Shown here in pieces: positions 53,967 through 64,000 of a stretch of 64,000 bases of DNA; within the stretch, counting starts at the first letter, position 1; each line of letters starts with the position of its first letter. The translations under genes and the position numbers were made by a program. Source of the stretch: Octopus vulgaris (taxonomy: Eukaryota); assembly GCA_951406725.2 (NCBI GenBank), contig OX597822.1, forward strand, positions 26,226,001-26,290,000, in the 5' to 3' direction. A model generated the notes under the pieces. The model ran no database searches, was not told where the DNA came from, and saw nothing but the letters and a program-made list of their open reading frames with translations.

Positions 53967-54516
53967 TATAAGAAAATCAACATACAAATCTATCCCTCCA
54001 GCTGTACGTCTATCCTCATATATGTATACTCAAATATACACATATATTGATACTTAGATAAATAAATAGACATAATTACATACATACATACATATACACC
54101 ATATATACACACATACATACAATATATATGCATACATATATATATTTACAAATACATACATAAATGCATGTATACATATATATACATGCATACAGACATG
54201 CGTACATATGTATATACATACATGCCTGCATACATATATGCATGCCTGCATGCACACATATATACTCACATCCATACAAATATATACACATACACGTCGA
54301 TACATATATACACACATCCATACATATATACACACAAGCGTGAGTTGAGTACAAAGCATTAATAAGAAAATAAGATGACAAAGAAATAAATGATTAAGTT
54401 GCAAGGTGTTACTCAGGCACCCACCTATGAGTCCACTGCATTTTATAGCAGAAACAGCTGTAAGCTAATGAAGTTCATAAGATAAACATTTATTCCTTTG
54501 TCATCTTATTTTCTTT

Positions 54517-54930
54517 CATCATCATCATCATCATCGTCATCATCATCGTTTAACGTCCGTTCTCCATGTTAGCATGGGTTGGACGGTTCGACCGGGGATC
54601 TGGGAAACCAGAAGGCTGCACCAGGCCCAGTCTGATCTGGCTATGTTTCTACAGCTGGATGCCCTTCCTAATGCCAACCACTCCATGAGTGAAGTGGGTG
54701 CTTTTTACATGCCACCTGCACTGGTGCCAGGCGAGGCTGGCATCGGCCACGGTCAGATTGGTGCATTTTACGTGCCACCTGCACGGAAGCCAGTCGAGGC
54801 GGCACTGGCTTCGGCCATGATTCGGATAGTGCTTTTTATGTATCTCCAGTCCAGGGGTCCTGGCATCTGCCGGATGCCAGTCATAGGATTGGTTCAATTT
54901 CGATTCCGATTCCGATTTCGATTTCACTTG
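54517..54930 (-). mobile_element. Family R element
   Basis: Near-identical to 19909-20235. Confidence 0.88.
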
Positions 54931-56105
54931 GATAGATATATATTATTAGTTCCTATTTATAAGGATATTTCAGTATTATCTATTAAATTACCGGTATAAG
55001 TTTAACATTAAAGCATGCAAGGAAAACGAAAGAATTAGTTATATTATTAGTAAAGTTCAGTCATGTTTGTTTTTATTTTGAAAAGAATAGAATATAAAAG
55101 CTTTCACTTTTATATTAAAAACTATGGAAGACTGGTAGGAATATTATCTGCATGGACTTCAAGGGCTAGGTTGCTATTTAGTTAGATAACTTAGGAGTTA
55201 GTTATAGATTTACTTATTGAATTTATTTACCAATACTGTTTTTGTACATAGGATAAATATGTTTCTGTGTTGTAGCTTAATTAATAATGTTAGTGTTTAA
55301 GTCTTCCTAGATTGAATAAATATGGTGATATCAAAGGTTTGTTTGTTCCCAAACAACACTTATTTTAGTGCTGTTGACACCGCTAGATTAAATGGTTCTG
55401 CCTAGGTGTTGAAACCATAGTGATGTCAGAAGGGCAGCTGACGATGGAGGTATGTTGGATTGTTGGTATGGCTGTTATTGTATGTGCTGAATAACACATC
55501 CATTTGATATCTATATGTATATATGTGTGTATCTATATATGTGTGTGTGTATGTGTGTATATGTAAACACATACGCATGTGTGTATAGACATAATTCATT
55601 GACATATACCTTTTTACTTGTTTCTTGTATCTTTAATTTAATATTTTTCCGTGAAAACAAATCAATTGTATTAAGGTTAAGTTCAGTTCATCTGATTTAG
55701 ATATCGTACTTATTTAATTACTGTCTTAACCGGTGCGCACACACTATAGAGAACACTGATGGAAAAGTGAAGGGTGAATAGTTTAGTACACAACAGTCTG
55801 TTGAAGTCAATGTCAAAACACCATCCACTCTACCTCATAGCTAGAAAGAGCAGCTAAATCTCCTTTTTATCATACAGTTTGAGATTTCTGTCATAACCTC
55901 TGAATACATAGAGCTTTATAAACTCTCATCATATTAGTTTTGTCTGTTCACTGGAGTTTCATAGACAGTCTCTCTCACTCTCTCTCTCTCACTCACACAC
56001 TCTCTCTCCTTCCCTCTCTCTCTTTCTCTCTCTGTCCCTCTCTCTCATTTTTTTCATTTGTCTCAATGCTACCAATTGTATGATTTACAACTATCATATA
56101 ATGTC

Positions 56106-56148
<43 letters not shown>

Positions 56149-56149
56149 T

Positions 56150-56372
56150 TGTGTGATTGTGTCTGTTTGTCCCCTTCCACCATTGCTTGACAACCAATGT
56201 TGGTGTGTTTACACTCCCATAAATTTGCAGCTCAGCAAAAGAGAGTGCCAGAATAAGTACTAGGCTTACAAAGAATAGGTCCTGGGATCGATTTGTTTGA
56301 CTAAAACCCCTTAAGATGGTGCTCCAGCATGGCCACAGTCAAATGACTGAAATAAGTAAAAGAATAAAAGAA
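56150..56372 (+). mobile_element. SINE family A, 3' half
   Basis: Homology to the full-length copies. Confidence 0.85.
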
Positions 56373-56411
56373 TGTATATATATATATATACATATGTGTG
56401 TGTGTGTGTAC

Positions 56412-56443
<32 letters not shown>

Positions 56444-56444
56444 A

Positions 56445-56546
<102 letters not shown>

Positions 56547-56899
56547 AATCAAAAATAAAAATAAAAACAAAACAAAAGTCAACAGGATGTTCACAGTTTA
56601 TGTATATGTTTGATGCACAGTTTAAGGTAGAAAAAGAGAAGGTGTGTACCTTTCCAAACATGGACCTTCATCTGAAGGAGTAAAGAGGAAGGATCCAGAG
56701 AGAAAGAGAAAATAGTCTAAGAAAAACGTGTATAGTTTATAGATTAGAGACAGATATTCACTGTATAGAATAAACTTTGTAATGCTCAAGAGAATTAAAC
56801 TTCAGCAGGTAGAGGGGTAAATGTAAAGATAAGGAAGGTGAGCAAGTCGATACATACAAAAAATATTAAATACATTTAATACAAAATAATGTACATATA

Positions 56900-57299
56900 G
56901 GTGTAAGAGTGGCTGTGTGGTATGTAGCTTACTTACCAATCACATGGTTCCGGGTTCAGTCCCACTGCGTGGCACCTTGGGCAAGTGTCTTCTACTATAG
57001 CCTCAGGCCGACCAAAACCTTGTGAGTGGATTTGGTCGACGGAAACTGAAAGAAGCCTGTCGTATATATATATGTATGTATGTGTGTGTATATGTTTGTG
57101 TGTCTGTGTTTGTCCCCTCAACATCGCTTGACAACTGATGCTGGTGTGTTTACGTCCCCGTACCTTAGTGGTTCAGCAAAAGAGACTGATAGAATAAGTA
57201 CTAGGCTTACAAAGAATAAGTCCTGGAGTCAGTTTACTTGACTAAAGGTGGTGCTCCAGCATGGACACGGTTAAATAACTGAAACTAGTAAAAGAGTAA
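56900..57299 (+). mobile_element. SINE family A, full length
   Basis: Homology to 41793-42202. Confidence 0.92.
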
Positions 57300-58284
57300 T
57301 ATGTTTACACATTAAAAGATCTGACTTACACAGAATAGAAACAACATAGGGAATTAAAAGGTTTGAATAAAAGTTTTATGAATCCAACAGCTGTTTCTGG
57401 AGGCCTGGTGGTGCAAAATAATGACTGTAAATTGATTCCATCATCAGATAATACCAGCCTTTGTCTTGTGAATAACTAGGGAAATTTAGATGATCTTATG
57501 AGAATTTGAACACAAGGAAATATTCAAAGTCCTCAATCATCTTGATATTTGGTTTGCATTTAGATTAGTGGTGGGTTGTCTTCCAGTCTCAATGATAAAC
57601 ATTCAATTGTTTGACCAATAAAATCCATACTTGTGAAATTAATGTATAATGTATATGCAGTTGTATAGAGTATTCTTCTCTGATATGTGTAACCTTCATT
57701 CATTTCTCAAGCAAAATCTGGGGGATAAAATGTGACTAGACTGGACCATTAAATTACAGGTATTGTTTAGAGGACAAAGAGGGGGAATAGTGTTTTAACA
57801 ACTGTGTGGAGTAATCTTTACAGACGTGGGTAAGTAATTAAGTTATCTTCTTGTGTCATACCAATTCATAAGGGCTGGTTTCCCGGCTTCATAGCATATA
57901 TATTCCCCACTTGGATGAACGCTGGTCTACCACAAGATTACTCATTTTCGCCTGCTGAATGGACTGGAGCAACATGGAATGAAGTGTTTTGCTGAAGAAT
58001 ATGTGTTGCCCAGTCCAAGAATTGAAACCACAATCTTACAATCATGAGTCCAACACTCTAACCACTAAGCCATGTGCCTCCACACAGTTATGAGTACCCT
58101 TAAACCAATTCTGAAGCAAGATCAAACTAGACAGAATTTCTGAATTACAGATACAGTCAAAAGAGAAACAGTGAGAAGATTGGTACTTTATTTATTAGCT
58201 CTGGAAAGATAAAATACAACATTGACCTCTCTTGGATTTGAACTCAGAGCATAGGAAGCTAAAACATATTCTAATACTCTAACA

Positions 58285-58503
58285 CAGTGGTTTTCAACCA
58301 GGGTTCCACGGAACCTTAGGGATCCGCCAGTATAGTCCAGGGGTTCCACAAGAAGTTACAAAACTGCTAAAATCGGCAGTAATTTTTAATTCTCCTGTGC
58401 AGATATGTGTGCATAAGACTATTAAATTATTGCACAGGGGTTCCTCGAGCCAGTGGAATGTTTCCTTGGGGTTCTGCTCCAGCAAAAAGTTTGAAAAGCA
58501 CTG
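58285..58503. mobile_element. hAT MITE with perfect 8-bp TSD CTCTAACA
   Basis: CAGTGGTTTTCAA...TTGAAAAGCACTG; TSD at 58277-58284 and 58504-58511. Confidence 0.92.
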
Positions 58504-59030
58504 CTCTAACACTTCGGTCAACTCACCACTTTATCCACTGAGCACTCTATGGCTTAAAATATAGGTCACTTATGCCTGGGTTAAATTCCTATAATTAGAC
58601 AGCAGCATGTGTAGCTAGAGCTTCAGGCAAATAAGAGACAGATTAAGTACAAGGGGATAAAGGTGAACCAGATTTAATACTAAGAAGATTGTCTAAGGTG
58701 TGGGTGGGTAACTTATTTGACTCAATTGATCAGCTGAAGTGATTTAGTTCTTCTCAAGGATATCATTTTATTGTAGGAGTGAATTTTCACTCATCTGTTT
58801 CCATAGCTGCCTGCTTCTTAGATGGAGCAGCAGGTAGTAAAATGTCAACAATACAATTTCCCCTGTCTTTATGTATTTCTCAATGAATCGTATCTCTTTA
58901 TGTAGGTCCAATGATTTGCTTTATATATTTGCTTTTGTATGTAAATATATGTATGTGTGTGTGTGTGTGCGCATGTGTGTGTGTGTATATATGTATATAT
59001 ATATATATATGTATATGTATGTGTATATAC

Positions 59031-59192
<162 letters not shown>

Positions 59193-59829
59193 ATATAGGA
59201 TATGATATGATATGTAGATAGATGTGCATGTATGTGCATTTTTGAATGTATGTATTGAAGTTTTCTCCACAGAATAAGAACCTGTTGCTAACTATAGCAG
59301 AGATTTGCATTTTTACTTTTAATTTTTTTTTTCTAGTTTAGACAATACCAGGTACTTGTGTATATGTTTTATATATATATATATATATATATGAAAAAAC
59401 AAGTCAAAATAGAAAATGCTAAAATAATTTTATAAAGAGCATTTCAGTCATTTTGAGACCTTTTCAACTGTAACGATTAAATAATTAAATTTAGAAAAAT
59501 TAAAAGAAAGTTTTTTTAAAGGAATATTTGTATAGTGTTCAAATATAAGTGGCATTCTGCCTTTCTCTGTCTCCCTTATTTGCACTTGTGTGTTCGAGGC
59601 CGAATATATAATATATATATTATTTGAGTAGAAAAATGAAATATCTTTTTATGGATAATTCATTTAACCGATACCTGGGTAGCAAATTCACATCAGAAAT
59701 AACACGGTTGAAGTTACATGCCTAGAGCAGAGACTACGTGTTTTCGTGTGGAAATTTGTGTGTATTTTTATAAAATTTATGAATAAATGAGAAAATGGAG
59801 TTGAACGACAAATTAACAAATTTCCTTTA

Positions 59830-59912
59830 TTTTCGACATATGTTTCGAAGGCTGCATATTCCTAATTGTGAATGAATAAGGAGTACATTATGCCGCTTTC
59901 TCATCAGGAAAA
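59830..59912 (-). ncRNA. Type I hammerhead ribozyme motif (left arm)
   Basis: Reverse complement TTTTC-CTGATGA-GAAAG..CCTTC-GAAA-CATATG-TC-GAAAA. Confidence 0.85.
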
Positions 59913-60046
59913 ACAAGGAATTTGTGTCAACATCAAGATTCACAAAAACTTTTAGATGACTGCTCTCACGGAGCGCATAGCGATAATATGAGAGAGCAGT
60001 CATCTAAAAGATTTTGTGAATCTTGATGTTGACATAAATTCCTTGT

Positions 60047-60129
60047 TTTTCCTGATGAGAAAGTGGCATAATGTACTCCTTATTCCTTCGGAATTAGGAA
60101 TATGCAGCCTTCGAAACATATGTCGAAAA
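60047..60129 (+). ncRNA. Type I hammerhead ribozyme motif (right arm), predicted GUC cleavage after 60124
   Basis: Stem I TTTTC/GAAAA, CTGATGA at 60052-60058, long stem II (GAA/TTC, GCATA/TATGC, TCCT/AGGA, ATTCC/GGAAT), GAAA at 60113-60116, palindromic CATATG. Confidence 0.88.
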
Positions 60130-60210
60130 TAAAGGAAATTTGTTAATTTGTCGTTCAACTCCATTTTCTCATTTATTCATAAATTTTATAAATATATATA
60201 TATATATATA

Positions 60211-60860
60211 TCATCATCATCATCATCATCGTTTAACGTCCGCTTTCCATGCTAGCATGGGTTGGACGGTTCAACTGGGGTCTGGGAAGCCCGAAGGCTG
60301 CACCAGGCCAGTCAGATGTGGCAGTGTTTCTACAGCTGGATGCCCTTCCTAACGCCAACCACTCCGAGAGTGTAGTGGGTGATTTTATGTGCCACCGACA
60401 CAGGTGCCAGACGAGGCTGGCAGACGGCCACGCTCGGATGGTGCTTTTTATGTGCCACCGACACAGGTGCCAGACGAGGCTAGCAGACGGCCACGCTCGG
60501 ATGGTGTTTTTTATGTGCCACCGACACAGGTGCCAGACGAGGCTGGCAGACGGCCACGCTCGGATGGTGTTTTTTATGTGCCACCGACACAGGTGCCAGA
60601 CGAGGCTGGCAGACGGCCACGCTCGGATGGTGTTTTTTATGTGCCACCGACACAGGTGCCAGACGAGGCTGGCAGACGGCCACGCTCGGATGGTGTTTTC
60701 TTATGTGTCACCGACACAGGTGCCAGACGAGGCTGGCGGACGGCCACGCTCAGATGGTGTTTGTTACGTGCCCACAGCACGGAGGCCAGTCATTGCGGTA
60801 CTGGCTACGGTCACGTTCGGATGGTTTTCTTATGTGCCACCGGCACTGGTACCACAAGGA
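60211..60860 (-). mobile_element. Family R element with an expanded internal array of six near-identical 63-bp units
   Basis: GCCACC-type unit starts at 60391, 60454, 60517, 60580, 60643 and 60707, followed by diverged units. Confidence 0.92.
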
Positions 60861-61721
60861 TACAAATTCCATATAAATATATCTTGGGCAAGTATCTTCT
60901 ACTATAGCCTCGGGCTGACCAAAGCCTTATGAGTGGATTTGGTAGACAGAAACTGAAAGAAGACCATCGTATATATGTATATATATATGTATGTGTGTGT
61001 ATATGTTTGTGTGTCTATGGTGCTTTTTACGAGTTACCGACACGGACATCAGTCAGGTGACGCTGGCATCAGCCACGTTCGGATGGCACATTTTACATGC
61101 CACTGGCACATAAAATATGCTGACACATATGCAATATGTATCATATCAGTCTGGTAACTTGCATGGCTTTTTGGTTGAGAAGTTTGCTTTCTGGCTAAAG
61201 AACTTGATTTCAATGTATGGTACCTTAGGTGCTTTACGTAACATTGTACAACTATCATATTCATTGATATAAATATAAACATACATATTTTAGTAGCATA
61301 TTTGTATATCTTAATAATACACACACACATATATTTTTAATATATAAAAATGACTTTTGTAATATGACTAAGATATTCAAACATCCTACTTAAGTTTCAT
61401 GAACGGCAGTTATTTGCACTCCTCGCTTTCAGTATAAAGTGCAAATAAACTGCCTTTCATGAAACTTAAGTAGTACATTTGTATATCTAAAGTACTGTAT
61501 AACGATGACATCAAGCTCTACCAGGAGTATTGAGTTTTTCTCTATTTCCTGAGTGTTCACTCAATAAAAGGCATCATCACCACCAACACCACCACCACCA
61601 CCATCATCATCATAACCATCATCTTTGTCATCGTCATCGTCATCATCATCATCATCATCATCATCATTTAGTATCCATATATATATATATGTACTTTATA
61701 TATAGATAGTGTCTATCTATA

Positions 61722-62103
61722 AGAGTGGCTGTGTGGTAAGTAGCCTGCTTACCAACCACATGATTCCGGGTTCAGTCCCACTGCGTGGCACCTTGGGCAA
61801 GTGTCTTCTACTATAGCCTCAGGCCGACCAAAGCCTTGTGAGTGGATTTGGTAGACGGAAACTGAAAGAAGCCCATCGTATATATGTATATATATGTGTG
61901 TGTGTGTTTGTCCCCACCAACATCGCTTGACAACCAATGCTGATACGTGTACATTCCCATAACCTAGCGGTTCGGCAAAAGAGACCGATAGAATAAGTAC
62001 TAGGCTTACAAAGATTAAGTCCCGGGGTCGATTTGCTCGACTAAAGTTGGTGCTCCAGCATGGCCGCAGTCGAATGACTGAAACAAGTAAAAGAGTAAAA
62101 GAG
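61722..62103 (+). mobile_element. SINE family A, full length, tail (GTAAAAGA)2
   Basis: Homology to 41793-42202. Confidence 0.92.
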
Positions 62104-62650
62104 AAAGAGAGAGCTACATGCATATATGTGTGTGTGAGAGCATGTATGTGCATGTATTTGAGGTGGGGATGCATGTATGTTTGTACATATTACATAAAGA
62201 TGATATACTCTCCCATCAACCTATTAGAGTCTGCATACTTTTCCAATGGTTGTAACCAATAGATTACAATCTTGAAGAACCAGTGGAATATCTTGTAAAA
62301 TATAATAATTCTGCTGCTTTATAAGTAATCATCATGCTATACAGGAATAAACAAGATATTTTCATTTAATCTCAGGTCACTACTGATCTCTCAGATCTAT
62401 GAATAAAAGGGTTTTGATAGTAACCATCCATTCTCCACCAACTTTTTTTTTCTTTTTGCCATCCCTAGTGTATCTGGGACTGAATTGCTTGATTAATATA
62501 TCTTTACTTTTTAATGATTGTAATGAGTGTGATTTAAAGGGAGGTTTTGCTATAACTTCTGTTGGTTAGAATGACCACTTACGGGTTTATATATTAGCTT
62601 TACAAAATCTTTCATGTTGCTGGCCACTGCTTCAGAGCAAATGCATAAGG

Positions 62651-62943
62651 CAGTGATTCTTTAATGGTACGCTGCAGTGCATCTAATTGCACTGTTGTGT
62701 ATTAGTGTGCTACAATGTTCAACTTGGTGTACTGTTGATATGTTAGAATATAATTCAAGACTTTAGATAATCCATTCTAATAGTTGACCAACTTAGAAAT
62801 GGAGTTATTCAATAACTTTGTATGATTAATAAAACACCAGTTTTGTACCAGTAATTTCTAATTTTCAAAGCAAAATACACCAGCAAATTTTGTTTTAAAG
62901 ATCTCCAGTGCACCACAAAGTCAAAAAAGGTTGAGGACTACAG
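62651..62943. mobile_element. Possible old hAT-like MITE
   Basis: Ends CAGTGATTCTTTAA and AAGGTTGAGGACTACAG resemble the other hAT ends; no TSD seen. Confidence 0.4.
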
Positions 62944-64000
62944 AGAAGGAGCCTTTTTTGTTGGCCCAGAGCAAATATAAGGGGTTCCCTTATTGGTTCT
63001 GAATAATTACAGATAGGCTCTTTTAGTCGGCTCAGAACAGCTTCATGGAGGTTCACTCATTGTGCTTGGAGTAATTGCATAGACATTTCCTTATTGACAC
63101 CATCAGTGGCTCAAGCTCCCTTAGTGACTTGAAGTGGCCTTATAAGGAGCTTCCTTAGATGACCTTTTGTGGAAATCTGAAATAAATAAGTTACAAGATT
63201 CAACAAAAGTTTGATAAAGACAAAAAAAACAAAACTTTTTATAAGTTGGTTGGTTGGTTGGTTAGTGAATTGGTTAGTTATTCAGTTGACTGATTTTTTT
63301 AAAACCCTGGGCCTAGCAAATATATGATCAAAGGCATTTATTCTTGTTTTGACCATACCATCTCTTTATATATCCAGAACAACATTGCCCAATACACCTT
63401 TACTGTTTTAAGATAGCAGTGGTTGTTTTGAAGAAATTTAGCTATTATTTCAGGCAAGTCTAGCAATCACATTGAGGCTCCTTGATTCTGTGTCAATGGC
63501 CAATGGCAACAGTAACAGTTTGATTAAATGTAGGTCAGTCAAAAAATATGACAGGTTTATCAAAATAAGCTTTACATATTAGTTGTAATCCCAAACCAAA
63601 GAAATCGGTTTATACCAACTAACCTAATATGAACCAAGGTAAAATTAACTAAACATTTATTTCGTTGTTTTCTCCTTATTCCACAACCAGAAGGAGTTGT
63701 ATATCTCTTCTTTAAATATTTTTCAATGAAAGAGCAAAAGGAATAGATTACAGTAAAAAAAAAAAATTTCAATTTAAAAAAAAAAGGTAAAAACTAAACA
63801 AGACATAAAAAAATTCTTTTCTTGTTCTTATGAAAGAAAATTAAAACAAAAGACATTCAACAATAGCCATGAAGTAAATGATGTTTTCAGGGCGTTTACA
63901 TATACCTAAATATAACAGGATGGCACCCCCCTTACATTGTGCCACAGTAAGTGCAGGAATTTTGTCTTTTGTGTTGCATTCCTTTACTTTGATTCCCTTA

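Larger units (their letters stand above)
59767..60192. repeat. ~200-bp near-perfect inverted repeat with a ~24-bp spacer (Penelope-like inverted terminal repeats)
   Basis: Arms 59767-59967 and 59992-60192; each arm contains a hammerhead. Confidence 0.93.

Noticed and set aside
60383-60770. CRISPR-like regular array
   Set aside because: The units are near-identical along their whole length with no unique spacers, there are no cas genes, and the array lies inside a eukaryotic retroelement.
60249-60932. 227-aa and 172-aa repeat proteins
   Set aside because: They arise from the 63-bp array, are open in several frames at once and lie within a multi-copy element.
63891-63946. Candidate exon between TTTCAG and GTAAGT (similar weak cases at 15951-15962 and 30571-30628)
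   Set aside because: Weak pyrimidine tract or donor context, ambiguous frame and no recognisable peptide; needs RNA-seq.

Overview
AT-rich, microsatellite-saturated animal genomic DNA. The repeat families and the (TA)n/(TAA)n/(GATA)n load look like a coleoid cephalopod (Octopus-like); this assignment is inferred from repeat content only. No complete protein-coding gene is visible, and nearly all long ORFs in the track are microsatellite artefacts. Retroelement debris: two 5'-truncated CR1-group LINE ends, four R4/Dong-type (restriction-like endonuclease) 3' ends in or next to (TAA)n, L1/Tx1 and RTE remnants, three tRNA-headed SINE families and an RTE-tailed non-autonomous family. DNA transposon debris: a DD37D Tc1/mariner pseudogene, a DD41D foldback, and hAT, TTAA and GG-ended MITEs. 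The most striking hidden signal is a set of minimal type I hammerhead ribozyme motifs of the kind carried by Penelope-like elements. There are five canonical copies, several decayed ones, and one variant with a compensated G3-C8 core in the loop of a perfect 72-bp inverted repeat. One decayed hammerhead appears to be part of a tRNA-headed SINE-like element. Other points: a LINE and the commonest SINE share a covarying 3' stem-loop, a 77-bp stretch has been copied 4.9 kb downstream, and a few small splice-bounded segments suggest a plus-strand gene with very large introns starting near 11 kb. All coordinates were read by eye and element boundaries may be off by a few bases.
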